A DNA stretch of 64,000 nt from a virus. The position numbers were made by a program, and so were the translations under genes. Shown piece by piece: positions 18,681 through 28,126 of this stretch. Below the pieces are notes generated by a model. It had not been told where the DNA came from. It saw only the letters and a list, made by a program, of their open reading frames with translations, and did no database searches. The DNA is taken from positions 32,001 through 96,000 of the IMG/VR virus record IMGVR_UViG_3300036761_001135; one strand, 5' to 3'. Positions within the stretch are counted from its first letter, which is position 1, and every line of letters starts with the position of its first letter.

Positions 18681-19427
18681 ATGAGCAAAGCGGTCCCATA
18701 CTCAAAACTCAAGAAGATGCGCTGCCATAGAGAAGTCTATGAAAGACTGTGCGCTGGTTATCCCTTCCCAGAGGTGGCTAGGTTTATTCAAGAGGACGAA
18801 GGCGAGTACCTAGACGTAGGTCGCCGATCCCTCATTGAAATATTGCGCGACTATTCCGAACGCGAAATCGTCGGTGTAGATCTGATCGCACCACGCTTGC
18901 CGCATTTGATCGTGAAGGCACAAAAGGAATTCAGTGACCGATTGGAGGATCTCCGTCGCCTGGAGCGAGCCTACGAGGCGTTGTTGTACAGATTCGATAT
19001 GTCCCATGGTGCGGAGCGGCGCAACGGCAGGGTGAACGCGGACGTAGACCGGCAGGCCAAGGTCTTGATGGACTATGTGTCCAAGATGCACGACATCAAG
19101 ATGGATTTGGGGCTCACGGGGTCGCGTGATCTTGGCACGTTGACGGTGAGTGCAGAGCGTCTGGCAGAGATTCGGGACAAGTACGGCGAGGGTGCGGCGC
19201 GTGCCTTTGGAGATCCGGTCTCACGAGCCAAAGTTCTTGGTCTGTTGAAGCGTGTGATGCGCATTTCGGAAGACTCTGGCATCGACGATGCGGACGTTGA
19301 AGAGGCGAACCTGGGTTCGCGTGACGATCCCGAACTTTATGAGGACGCCATAGAGGCCGAATATTGTGAGGCGACTACCCCAAAATCGACTAGCGAGAGT
19401 GCCGAACAAGATTCGGAAGACAGATGA
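18681..19427 (+). CDS. putative terminase small subunit
   Basis: helical protein overlapping the terL start (ATGA); TTGACA at 18533 upstream; identity inferred from position. Confidence 0.6.
   Translation: MSKAVPYSKLKKMRCHREVYERLCAGYPFPEVARFIQEDEGEYLDVGRRSLIEILRDYSEREIVGVDLIAPRLPHLIVKAQKEFSDRLEDLRRLERAYEALLYRFDMSHGAERRNGRVNADVDRQAKVLMDYVSKMHDIKMDLGLTGSRDLGTLTVSAERLAEIRDKYGEGAARAFGDPVSRAKVLGLLKRVMRISEDSGIDDADVEEANLGSRDDPELYEDAIEAEYCEATTPKSTSESAEQDSEDR
19303..19322. promoter_or_regulatory. palindrome copy 4 (intragenic)
   Basis: AGGCGAACCTGGGTTCGCGT. Confidence 0.8.
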
Positions 19428-22400
19428 TCGTAACAGGCAACAATGGTCGTCGCAGAAGCATTAGGACGACCAGCGAGGACGTGTTGTCGTTCGAGGATGG
19501 GTACGCCCTATGCACACCAGAGGAGCGCGCCTTAGTCCATGCTTTGTTGAGCGATGACCACCCAAACGATGCGGCGAAGCTCAGTTTGGAGTTGAACGAT
19601 TCGCTCTATCAGCGGCCATTGGTGCCGATCCAGCAGTTCATCGAAGATCCTTATTACCTTGGGGACTCCATGATGACTCTGTATCCGGCGTTAAAGCAGG
19701 ATATTATTGACCTTTTTGCGGCTCCATACAGGGAAGTCGTGCTCACGGGCTCCATCGGCGCGGGCAAGAATTTTTTGGCATCTGCGGCGATTTGCCGAAT
19801 TTTGTACGAGCTGTCCTGCCTGAAGAACCCACAGATGACGTTTGGGATGTCTCCTGGTACAGAGATGGTGATCATGCTGATCTCGAAGAACCTCGTCTTA
19901 GCCCGCGAGGTGATGAAGACCAGCATCGACGACAAGGTGAAGCTCAGCCCGTACTTTATGCAGCACTTCACCCCCAAGTTCTCGACCGACTACACGCTGT
20001 TTCCCAACAACATCCGCATGACCATCGGAAGCTATGGGGCAGAGCGTGCCTTGGGAGCGAATATTTTTAGCTGCATGCTGGACGAATGTCTCAGTGGTTC
20101 AGCATGGTTGCAAATAAAAATAAATATTGATTTTTGCGCTGGTTTGTGCGATACAATCGGCATGTCCGTTGGTGATTTGTGGGCAATGGGGCCTTCGGAT
20201 CGTGACGGGTTGCTGGTTGAAGCGCTGGACCATGTGACGGGTCGGCAGACGTGGACGCCGTTTCGGATGCGGCTATCCACGGTGCAACCGTTGGTACGGA
20301 TTGAAGCCGAGGCGAACCCAGGTTCGTGTCGAGCCATCGAGCCTTCCCTTGAACATCCTGTATTGGTGCGGCGCGGCGACTGGCTAGTTTATGTCCCGGC
20401 GATTGAGATCAGCGTCGGGGATGAAGTGGCTTGGAGGCGCGACGATGGCGAAAAAGGGCGAGACACTGAGCGAGGAGATGAAGGCACGTCTATCGGAGGC
20501 GGCGAGCCAGCGGACTGGCGAACTCAATCCATTCTGGGGGAAGACGCACAGCGAGGAGATTCGAGCTTTGTTTGCGGAGAACGCGCGGAAGCAGTGGACG
20601 GGGACGCACCAAAGCGAGGAGACAAAGGCGAAGAGATCGGCATCTTTGAAGGGGCGCGTCATGTCTGCGGAGACGCGGGCAAAGATGGCAGCTTCGGCAA
20701 AGGCACGTTGTACGCCGGAGTGGCGTGCGAAGAAGTCGGCAGAGATGCAGGAACGTGTTGCAGCAGGGCTGGGACCGACGCCACCAATTCAACCTGCCGG
20801 GCCAGATCATCCGTTGAGTGGGAAGCCGAAGACGGAACAGCATCGACAGGCGTTGAGCGCGGCGAGGCTAGGGTTGCCGGGCCATGCGCACACCGAGGAG
20901 TCGCGGGACAAGATTTCGGCGGGGAACGTGCAGGCGATCAAAGATCGGGTGCGGTCATACCGCTACCATGTGTCATCGCCGGATGGCGGGGTGGTTCCAT
21001 GCCGGACGGAGAACGAAGGTCGTTTGGCGCTCCACCTATGTGCGGAGAAGAATGTAACAGCGGTCGTTGGCGAAGATCATATGACGTGGGTGCCATACAG
21101 CATAAACGGACAAAATCGGTTGACAGTGGGAGACTTTCTTGTGACGAGGGACGACGGGGTGCAGGTTTTGGTGGAAGGAAAAGACCCAACGTCCATGTAC
21201 AACCAGCGTACAATGGCGCGCATAGAGGCGCTGTGGAAGTGGAGTCAGGAGAACAGGGTTCTGTTTATTCTTGCGATCAATGGGAAGCCATTCCCAAGCG
21301 TATGGACAGGCCCATTTGTGGACAAATTTCTCATGGACCATCTGTTTTATCAACGACAACGTGTAATCAGGAGGAGGGTCAACTCTGTTGTAATTTCTCC
21401 TTGCGGAACGATTGTGCCGTGCAAAACGGAGATGGAACGGGCGCTGGCGAGATGTTTGTGTATGGAACCTGGAGTTGCCAGTGTGGTTGGAACGGATCGG
21501 ACAGGGTCGATTCCGTACACCACGAGCGGACGAGTGCATCATGTGGAGCCAGGTTTCATGGTGACGCGGTCGGACGGGGTCATTGTCGTTGTGGAGGTGG
21601 AGACGGCATCTGGTCTGTATCGAGAGAAAGACAGGGCGCGGTTGGAGGCATTGTGGGCGTGGTGCCAGGAGCACAAGACGCCGTTTGTGTTGGCTATCAA
21701 CGAAAAGGGGTTCCCGAGCGTATGGACGGGGCCGTTTGTGACGGAAGAGTTCATGGAGAGCGTGCGGCAACGTCGCGTGCGCTTTCGCACCATGCAGACG
21801 GTCGATACCTTGGAGGTTGCCGTGCCGAGTGTTTGCGAGTTGACGACCTGCCTACAGAGTACCGACTCGTTCGCGTGATCTCGACGCGCCTGTTGCCGGC
21901 CGAGCAGACCTACAGCATCGAGACGGACTGCAAGACGTTTGTGGCTGACGGATGCGTGGTCCACAACACCAACTTCCCGCCCAAGAGAAGTGCTCAGCAG
22001 ATTAACCAGACGTTTGGCAAGAAGCTGACGGCGGCCAACTTTGACATCGTGGAGAAGGTGTACCGATCCATGCTGCGGCGCATCAAGTCGCGCTTCCAGA
22101 TCGCTGGCGGCGACTTTCCGGGCATGGTCATCATGGTGTCTTCGGCGGCGACCTTGGACAGCTTCACAGAGCGCAAGTTGAGGGACGCGCGTCGAGACCC
22201 AACTGTGTTCGTTCGAGATCACACGGCGTGGACATCGAAGCCCAGGGATCATTTTTGTGGTAAATGGTTCTACGTGCTGTGTTCAAAATCCAGCCTTCGG
22301 TCTCGTATTCTCGAAGAGGGCGAGTACAACGAGATCACGCAGGAGTTTTTGCAGGAAAACAATGCGTGGATGATCGAAGTGCCGATTGAGTATAGGGAGG

Positions 22401-24649
22401 ACTTCGAGTCCAACCTTGAGGACTCCTTGCGAGACATCGCGGGCGTGTCCACGCAGGCCATCTCGGCTTTCTTCCAGAGGGTGGATGCCATCGACGCCTG
22501 CATAGTGGATCGTCCGCATCCATTCTCCAGCGAGGTCTGGGTGGCTGGGTCGCCGGCGACGTTCACTTGGGATACGCTATGTCGGAAGATCGAGCGGAGA
22601 CTGCCGGGTGGATTTGTAGAAGCCGCATGGGCACCGAAGGAATCTCCAAGCCATCCTCGTTGGATTCATATTGATACTTCCATCAGTGGGGACTGCGTGA
22701 CGGCGGATACGCTGGTGGCAACCCCGGCTGGGAACGTTCGCATTGATTCCATCGTTGCGGGAACTCCTGTGTATAGTCTGGGTGCAGACGGAAAGTTCAC
22801 GGTTGCCACTGCGACGAATCCTGGTCTGAAACGGCGGGAGTCGCCGTTGGTACGTGTCGTGACAGATGGGGGATCGATTCGGTGTACGCCCGATCACAAG
22901 TTCATGTTGCGTGATGGAACATATTGCGAGGCCAGGCTTTTGCGGGATGGAGATTCGTTGATGCCACTGTACAGGCGTTGTTCAGCTAAGCATCCTGGAC
23001 GTCGCGGGGGTGGAGGGTACGAGGAAATTTATCAGCCTGCGTCAGAGCGGTATGCGGCAGCTCATCGTGCGGTGGCGGAATATAAGATAGGTAGATTGCT
23101 AACTGAAGACGAGTGCGTTCACCATGTGGGAACCGAGAATCCAGACAATAAGTTAGACAACCGGCCAGAGAATCTGGAGGTGATGGCGAAGCGGGACCAC
23201 TGGCGTTTACACCAGACGCTGATTGTCGCCTACAACAAAAGTGAGCGGCATCGTGCCTGGGCTCGGGAGTGGGGGCTATGGTCTTGCACGCATCCGACGC
23301 CTGCCATGGTGGAGGCGCGTCGTCGGAATGGGAGTGCGCGGTGCCGATTGATCAATGCTGGGGAATCGAACCCATCCAAGCTGGAGAAAAATAGGAAGCG
23401 ATTTGGGGACATGGTGCGGGAGCGGCATGCCAATGGTTTGTGTACGGAGAACTACAAGAATTTTAAAAGACCTGAAGTACGTGAGAAAACTCGTGCGGCG
23501 GTGTCGATTTCCAGTCGAAATCGCCAATGGAGCGATGAGAGCCGACGCAAGTTATCCATTCGCCGACAGGAATACTTGGCCAGGGTTGCCTCGGGGGAAA
23601 TCGAACAGAAGCCGGTTAGCGCGGAGACACGGGCTAAGATGTCTGCGTCGCGTCGTGGCAAGACATGGACAGATCAGGCTAGAACGAATCATATGGCTTC
23701 CTTGAAGCAACAGGAGTGGACAGAAGAGAGCCGGGCTAAGATAGCAGACGCCAATAGAAACCGCGTGTGGAGTGAGGAGAGCCGTCAGAAATGTGCAGAG
23801 GCACAACGGAGACGGCATGAGAAGAAGCAGTCACAGCGGGAGATTAAGAATCACAAGGTTTTGCGGGTGGAGGATGCGGGCCATGAGGATGTGTATTGCC
23901 TGACGGTGGACGGTGAGCACAACTTCGTGGTGGTGTTTGGCGAGGATCGATTTTCGTCTGGGGTTGTGATCCACAACAGCACAGGATTCGTGATGGGGCG
24001 GATAGAAAGATGGGTAGAGGTAGTGCGCCGTGACGGGGACGGCCATGCCTATACGGACACCGCGCCTTATTACGTCATCGAGGTGCTTCTGTGCATTCGG
24101 CCTCCGACCGGCGATCAAATCTACATGCCGGATTTGAGAAGGCTGGTTTACGAATTGCAGGCGCATGGTTTTCCTATCCATGGGTTTTCGTCAGATTCAT
24201 TCCAAGCCGTGGAAATGCACCAACAGATTCGGCGGCACGGAATCCATACCGAGCTGATTTCGATGGACCGCATCATAGATCCCTATGAGGAGTTGAAGTC
24301 GGCAATTTATGAAAAAAGGATTGAGTATTACGGGTATACTCCATTGCTTCAAGAACTAAGATCGCTTGAGTATGATCGTGTAAAAGGAAAAATAGACCAT
24401 CCTCGTCATGCCAGTAAGGACGTTGCCGATGCATTGGCTGGCGTGGTCTGGGGCCTTCGCCAACAGGCCGCTCGCTTGCCGTGGGCTGCGGATGCTGATA
24501 CACCAATAAGAGCGGTCGGTCATGAGCATGGCTGGGTGAGCGACATGATCCCAGCGGAGGACGTGGATCTCGAAGATGTGAGGTTAACTCGCAGGACGGG
24601 TGCCGCCGCATTAGATATCATGCTCCCATTTTTCATAGGAGATGACTGA
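19424..24649 (+). CDS. terL: terminase large subunit with two inteins (mature ~686 aa)
   Basis: Walker A GSIGAGK, Walker B CMLDE, nuclease HIDTSISGD, KIDHP..SKDVADALAG; upstream of portal. Confidence 0.92.
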   Translation: MIVTGNNGRRRSIRTTSEDVLSFEDGYALCTPEERALVHALLSDDHPNDAAKLSLELNDSLYQRPLVPIQQFIEDPYYLGDSMMTLYPALKQDIIDLFAAPYREVVLTGSIGAGKNFLASAAICRILYELSCLKNPQMTFGMSPGTEMVIMLISKNLVLAREVMKTSIDDKVKLSPYFMQHFTPKFSTDYTLFPNNIRMTIGSYGAERALGANIFSCMLDECLSGSAWLQIKINIDFCAGLCDTIGMSVGDLWAMGPSDRDGLLVEALDHVTGRQTWTPFRMRLSTVQPLVRIEAEANPGSCRAIEPSLEHPVLVRRGDWLVYVPAIEISVGDEVAWRRDDGEKGRDTERGDEGTSIGGGEPADWRTQSILGEDAQRGDSSFVCGERAEAVDGDAPKRGDKGEEIGIFEGARHVCGDAGKDGSFGKGTLYAGVACEEVGRDAGTCCSRAGTDATNSTCRARSSVEWEAEDGTASTGVERGEARVAGPCAHRGVAGQDFGGERAGDQRSGAVIPLPCVIAGWRGGSMPDGERRSFGAPPMCGEECNSGRWRRSYDVGAIQHKRTKSVDSGRLSCDEGRRGAGFGGRKRPNVHVQPAYNGAHRGAVEVESGEQGSVYSCDQWEAIPKRMDRPICGQISHGPSVLSTTTCNQEEGQLCCNFSLRNDCAVQNGDGTGAGEMFVYGTWSCQCGWNGSDRVDSVHHERTSASCGARFHGDAVGRGHCRCGGGDGIWSVSRERQGAVGGIVGVVPGAQDAVCVGYQRKGVPERMDGAVCDGRVHGERAATSRALSHHADGRYLGGCRAECLRVDDLPTEYRLVRVISTRLLPAEQTYSIETDCKTFVADGCVVHNTNFPPKRSAQQINQTFGKKLTAANFDIVEKVYRSMLRRIKSRFQIAGGDFPGMVIMVSSAATLDSFTERKLRDARRDPTVFVRDHTAWTSKPRDHFCGKWFYVLCSKSSLRSRILEEGEYNEITQEFLQENNAWMIEVPIEYREDFESNLEDSLRDIAGVSTQAISAFFQRVDAIDACIVDRPHPFSSEVWVAGSPATFTWDTLCRKIERRLPGGFVEAAWAPKESPSHPRWIHIDTSISGDCVTADTLVATPAGNVRIDSIVAGTPVYSLGADGKFTVATATNPGLKRRESPLVRVVTDGGSIRCTPDHKFMLRDGTYCEARLLRDGDSLMPLYRRCSAKHPGRRGGGGYEEIYQPASERYAAAHRAVAEYKIGRLLTEDECVHHVGTENPDNKLDNRPENLEVMAKRDHWRLHQTLIVAYNKSERHRAWAREWGLWSCTHPTPAMVEARRRNGSARCRLINAGESNPSKLEKNRKRFGDMVRERHANGLCTENYKNFKRPEVREKTRAAVSISSRNRQWSDESRRKLSIRRQEYLARVASGEIEQKPVSAETRAKMSASRRGKTWTDQARTNHMASLKQQEWTEESRAKIADANRNRVWSEESRQKCAEAQRRRHEKKQSQREIKNHKVLRVEDAGHEDVYCLTVDGEHNFVVVFGEDRFSSGVVIHNSTGFVMGRIERWVEVVRRDGDGHAYTDTAPYYVIEVLLCIRPPTGDQIYMPDLRRLVYELQAHGFPIHGFSSDSFQAVEMHQQIRRHGIHTELISMDRIIDPYEELKSAIYEKRIEYYGYTPLLQELRSLEYDRVKGKIDHPRHASKDVADALAGVVWGLRQQAARLPWAADADTPIRAVGHEHGWVSDMIPAEDVDLEDVRLTRRTGAAALDIMLPFFIGDD
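20310..20329. promoter_or_regulatory. palindrome copy 5 (inside intein 1)
   Basis: AGGCGAACCCAGGTTCGTGT. Confidence 0.78.
20445..21878 (+). CDS. endonuclease nested in the +1 frame of intein 1 (NUMOD3-like repeats plus two TnsA-like PD-(D/E)xK domains)
   Basis: own GGAGG RBS; HSEE, SEETKAK, SAETRAKM, HTEESRDKIS repeats; GDFLV..VEGK; duplicated FPSVWTGPFV. Confidence 0.82.
   Translation: MAKKGETLSEEMKARLSEAASQRTGELNPFWGKTHSEEIRALFAENARKQWTGTHQSEETKAKRSASLKGRVMSAETRAKMAASAKARCTPEWRAKKSAEMQERVAAGLGPTPPIQPAGPDHPLSGKPKTEQHRQALSAARLGLPGHAHTEESRDKISAGNVQAIKDRVRSYRYHVSSPDGGVVPCRTENEGRLALHLCAEKNVTAVVGEDHMTWVPYSINGQNRLTVGDFLVTRDDGVQVLVEGKDPTSMYNQRTMARIEALWKWSQENRVLFILAINGKPFPSVWTGPFVDKFLMDHLFYQRQRVIRRRVNSVVISPCGTIVPCKTEMERALARCLCMEPGVASVVGTDRTGSIPYTTSGRVHHVEPGFMVTRSDGVIVVVEVETASGLYREKDRARLEALWAWCQEHKTPFVLAINEKGFPSVWTGPFVTEEFMESVRQRRVRFRTMQTVDTLEVAVPSVCELTTCLQSTDSFA
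22694..23977 (+). mobile_element. intein 2 in TerL (428 aa) with in-frame HNH and NUMOD3-like repeats
   Basis: GD|CVTADT..CTPDHKF..HRAVAE..VHH..NKLDNRPENL..VYCLTVDGEHNF..IHN|S. Confidence 0.92.
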
Positions 24650-24650
24650 A

Positions 24651-26369
24651 ATGGGCTGGACGGACACTGTCAAAAAGTTCTTCAGCCGTGACACGACTGG
24701 GAAGGTGTCCGAGCTGGCGAGGGGATCGTCTGGCGAGAACATCATGCCGCAGATGGGGCCAGGCGCTCCAAACTCTGGCATGGGCGGGGCGTACCAGCAG
24801 CTTTCCACCATGCTCTCTGTCGATGCCGATCTCATGCTTCGGTATTCCGACTATGAAAACATGGACGATTACCCGGAAATCAGCGCGGCGTTGGACATCT
24901 ATGCCGACGACGCGACGATCACGGATGCCGTGCATGGGCGGGTGATTTGGGCCACATCGAAAGACAAGATCGTCCGGGACATCATTAACGACCTGCTCCA
25001 TCGGCGCATTCGAATCGAAGAGGACATTTGGGTTGCGATTCGGACGATGGGAAAATACGGAAACATTTTCTGTGAAGTGATCGTGAACGAGAAGGGGGTG
25101 TTGGGCCTAAATTGGCTGCCACCTCCTACCATGCGTCGCATTATCGACGGTCGCGGAAACTTGGTTGGGTTTGTCCAGGATCCTTCGGGGATGTTTGCGT
25201 TCAACATTGCGACGCGTGATGACCTAGAAAAATTGCGTGTGAAACGCGATGGATCTAGCGCGGTCTTTTTCTATCCTTGGGAGGTTGTGCATTGGAGGCT
25301 TCGAGGGAAGCAGATGCGCGCCCTGTATGGCCACTCACTATTGGACTCGGCGAGGTGGATTTGGAAGCGCTTGATCATGCTGGAGGACTCCAGTCTGGTC
25401 TGCAAGCTCACCAAGTCGCCGTCGAGGTTTGCCTTCTACGTTGACACCGGGGAGATGCCGCCGCGAGAGGCGCGGGCCATGGTCGATGAGGTACGGCGTC
25501 GCTATAAGAAGAAGCGGATCGTCGATCCGTCCACAGGAAAACTAGACTTTAGAATAAATCCCATAGCACAGGACGAAGACATCTTTATCCCGACGCGGGC
25601 TGGAAAAGAGGCTTCTCGCGTTGAGGTGCTTTCCGGGCCTGACTACGACGACACCAATGTGCTTGGGTATTTTTTGAAGAAGTTGTACGCGGCGATCCGT
25701 ATTCCACCGCAGTATCTCGGCGGGACAGAGACGACAAATCGTGCTGCTCTTACTCAGGAAGACGTGCAATTCGCGCGCTTGGAATTGCGCATACAGCACG
25801 AGTTTGTGAGCGGTTTATCGCAGGTGGTGCGCGTGCATCTAGCGGCGCTCAACATCGACCCTGATTCTGTGCAGTGGGATCTGCGTATGCCGGCACCGAG
25901 CAGCATTTTCGAGATGCAGCAGATCGAGGTGTGGAACGCGCGAGCTGCATTGGCTGCGGCATTGCGAGACTTCTTCACGATGCCGTGGATTGTTGCGAAC
26001 ATCTTCCACATGTCCGAGGAAGACGCGCTGTTTGCGACCGAGGCCAAGAAGAATGAGGACGAGGCGACTGCAATGGCTCAGGCGCAGGTACAGGCTGAAA
26101 TCATGCAGAAGTTCCCAGAGCTAGGCCCGATGGGTGCCATGGGTGCCATGGGAGTGCCGCCCGAGGGAGAGCAGGGGCAGGCTGGGGCGTATGAGGACGT
26201 GCGGAAGGAGATCCGGCGTGTGTTGGCCGAGAACAGCGGAAGCAACAACGAGGTTTTGCGGCTTTTGAATCGTATTGAGCCTGCTTTGAATCGGGTTGAG
26301 CGGAAAGTGCTCAGCTCAAATCGAGCGGAGAATGCGCGGGGCCAAAACCGGGTCATGATTGCGAGGTGA
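24651..26369 (+). CDS. portal protein (T4 gp20-like)
   Basis: YPEISAALDIYADD, EDSSLV..PSRFAFYVDTG, DEDIFIPTRAG, KLYAAIRIP. Confidence 0.92.
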   Translation: MGWTDTVKKFFSRDTTGKVSELARGSSGENIMPQMGPGAPNSGMGGAYQQLSTMLSVDADLMLRYSDYENMDDYPEISAALDIYADDATITDAVHGRVIWATSKDKIVRDIINDLLHRRIRIEEDIWVAIRTMGKYGNIFCEVIVNEKGVLGLNWLPPPTMRRIIDGRGNLVGFVQDPSGMFAFNIATRDDLEKLRVKRDGSSAVFFYPWEVVHWRLRGKQMRALYGHSLLDSARWIWKRLIMLEDSSLVCKLTKSPSRFAFYVDTGEMPPREARAMVDEVRRRYKKKRIVDPSTGKLDFRINPIAQDEDIFIPTRAGKEASRVEVLSGPDYDDTNVLGYFLKKLYAAIRIPPQYLGGTETTNRAALTQEDVQFARLELRIQHEFVSGLSQVVRVHLAALNIDPDSVQWDLRMPAPSSIFEMQQIEVWNARAALAAALRDFFTMPWIVANIFHMSEEDALFATEAKKNEDEATAMAQAQVQAEIMQKFPELGPMGAMGAMGVPPEGEQGQAGAYEDVRKEIRRVLAENSGSNNEVLRLLNRIEPALNRVERKVLSSNRAENARGQNRVMIAR

Positions 26370-26372
26370 TTC

Positions 26373-27233
26373 ATGTATGCGAGGTCACAAGATTTACAGA
26401 AATGGTTGGTAGGAAGCTCCGAAGAGCTTCTCGACCGCGTGACTGAGGCGGTGGCGCATGCGGTTGGTTTTGATGTGGAGTTGATTGCCACGAAGAGCGA
26501 TTGCGCTCTGTTTAGAGATCAGTCTGGAAGGCTTTCCGAGGCGGTGTTCACTATGCGTGATGGTGTAGTGGAGGACGTTGAGATCCGGCGCGATCCTGTT
26601 CCTGTGTACGAGGAGGCGCAACTTCCCCGGCTGGTCTCGGACGAGTTGCGGGATATCACAGCGGGTCTGTTGCATGGGAAGCCGGTGACGCGAACCCAGG
26701 TTCGTGCCTTGGCTGGGATCTTACATGCCGACGAGGACTACTGGCTAGGCGACGTGCTTGCGCGCATGGACCAGGCCATATTGGCGGAGGATGCCGATCA
26801 CTGGCATACTGCCTACCAGGCGAACCATGAGAAGATCCGCACGGCGATGTGGGGGTCTATCCGGGAGCTGGAGGCGCGTATTCCGAAGACGGCGTATGCC
26901 AAATTGCCTGCTGGTCGGCTATCGGAGTTTTCTGGAGAGCTAGATGAGTCGCTTGGGATCGTTTCAAACCGCCTAATGGAGATTGTTGACGGAATCTCTA
27001 GCTTGGTGTTTGATAATGATAATGGGTTCTATGGTGCCATCCGCGAGTCGTTGATTGCTGAAGCGCAGCTCATCCATGGGCTGCTCGCCAAGGCCGTAAA
27101 GTTGATGCGCGCGGAAGATCTTGAGCGTATGGCGGTGGCCCATGATCGACTGTGCGGGCGAGCGAAAACCATGGAAGTAGTGGCTGCCTACTTGATGGGG
27201 CGGTCCAAGAAAGGCGCGGAGGAGACGAAATGA
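26373..27233 (+). CDS. putative head assembly protein
   Basis: between portal and protease. Confidence 0.65.
   Translation: MYARSQDLQKWLVGSSEELLDRVTEAVAHAVGFDVELIATKSDCALFRDQSGRLSEAVFTMRDGVVEDVEIRRDPVPVYEEAQLPRLVSDELRDITAGLLHGKPVTRTQVRALAGILHADEDYWLGDVLARMDQAILAEDADHWHTAYQANHEKIRTAMWGSIRELEARIPKTAYAKLPAGRLSEFSGELDESLGIVSNRLMEIVDGISSLVFDNDNGFYGAIRESLIAEAQLIHGLLAKAVKLMRAEDLERMAVAHDRLCGRAKTMEVVAAYLMGRSKKGAEETK
26688..26707. promoter_or_regulatory. palindrome copy 6 (intragenic)
   Basis: ACGCGAACCCAGGTTCGTGC. Confidence 0.75.
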
Positions 27234-28126
27234 AGAACAGGTACAGCACGAACACCCTGCAAGAGGATCTGAATTCTCTCGGTATTGGTGGCCTGAACGA
27301 AGACGTCATGGCATCCGTGGCGTTGGGCGTGCCGCTGGCCGAGAAAGCCTGCGCTCGTGACATGGACGACGAGGAGGATGACGACGAAGAGGACGAGGAC
27401 GGCGAGGACTACGAGGAGTCGAAGCACGACCCCATGGACGGTCCGTTCGTCACTCACACTCTGTTCGACCGTATCATGGCCTTGCCGTTCGAGCGATTGG
27501 ACGAAGAGGACATCGAGCGCGTGATCGAAGGCTTGAAGACCAAGCGCATCCCGCGCAACATCCCGGGCATCCAGGAGCGTGCGGAAGAGGTGGCTTCGGA
27601 TCTGTTGGAGCGTGTGAAGACCATCATCAAGGCAGGCAAGCGGGCGCGTATCAATGTCAGCAACTCGCCGGAGGCAAAGAAGCTGCGTCGTGAGCGTCGC
27701 CTGACCTACAAGAAAAAGAAAACCAAGATCAATCGTCGTGCAAGGATCACCGCACGCAAGGCTCCGGGCAAGCGCGCTGCTCTCAAGACCGCGATGGCGC
27801 ACCAACGCATGGGCGACAGCCAGTCCTTCGCCGTCGAGCTGGAGCACATCCTGCACGAGCACGAGGAACGGGACATGGGCGTGCGCGATGAGATCTTGAT
27901 CCGTCTCGACCGGATCATCGATCTCGTTGCCGAAGAGTTCAACGACGAGGCCGTGGTGGAAGTGTTCGAGGAGGCCGTGGAGTCTCTGTCTGCTTCCTAT
28001 GCAGCCGGTCGTCTGGACGAGGATGTCATGGACGCGGACGCCTTCCTGACGGAGCTACGTCCGATCATGGCGTTGGTCTCGAAATCGCTGGACCGACTGG
28101 ACACGGTCGGATCGGGAAACTGCTAA
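27230..28126 (+). CDS. prohead core-like protein; probable -1 frameshift extension to 28323
   Basis: GGAGGAG RBS; acidic tract plus Lys/Arg-rich segment; G GGA AAC at 28114-28120 with downstream pseudoknot. Confidence 0.7.
   Translation: MKNRYSTNTLQEDLNSLGIGGLNEDVMASVALGVPLAEKACARDMDDEEDDDEEDEDGEDYEESKHDPMDGPFVTHTLFDRIMALPFERLDEEDIERVIEGLKTKRIPRNIPGIQERAEEVASDLLERVKTIIKAGKRARINVSNSPEAKKLRRERRLTYKKKKTKINRRARITARKAPGKRAALKTAMAHQRMGDSQSFAVELEHILHEHEERDMGVRDEILIRLDRIIDLVAEEFNDEAVVEVFEEAVESLSASYAAGRLDEDVMDADAFLTELRPIMALVSKSLDRLDTVGSGNC

Larger units (their letters stand above)
20087..21967 (+). mobile_element. intein 1 in TerL (627 aa), just after Walker B
   Basis: DE|CLSGSA..SLEHPVLV..TYSIET..FVADGCVVHN|T. 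Confidence 0.88.
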
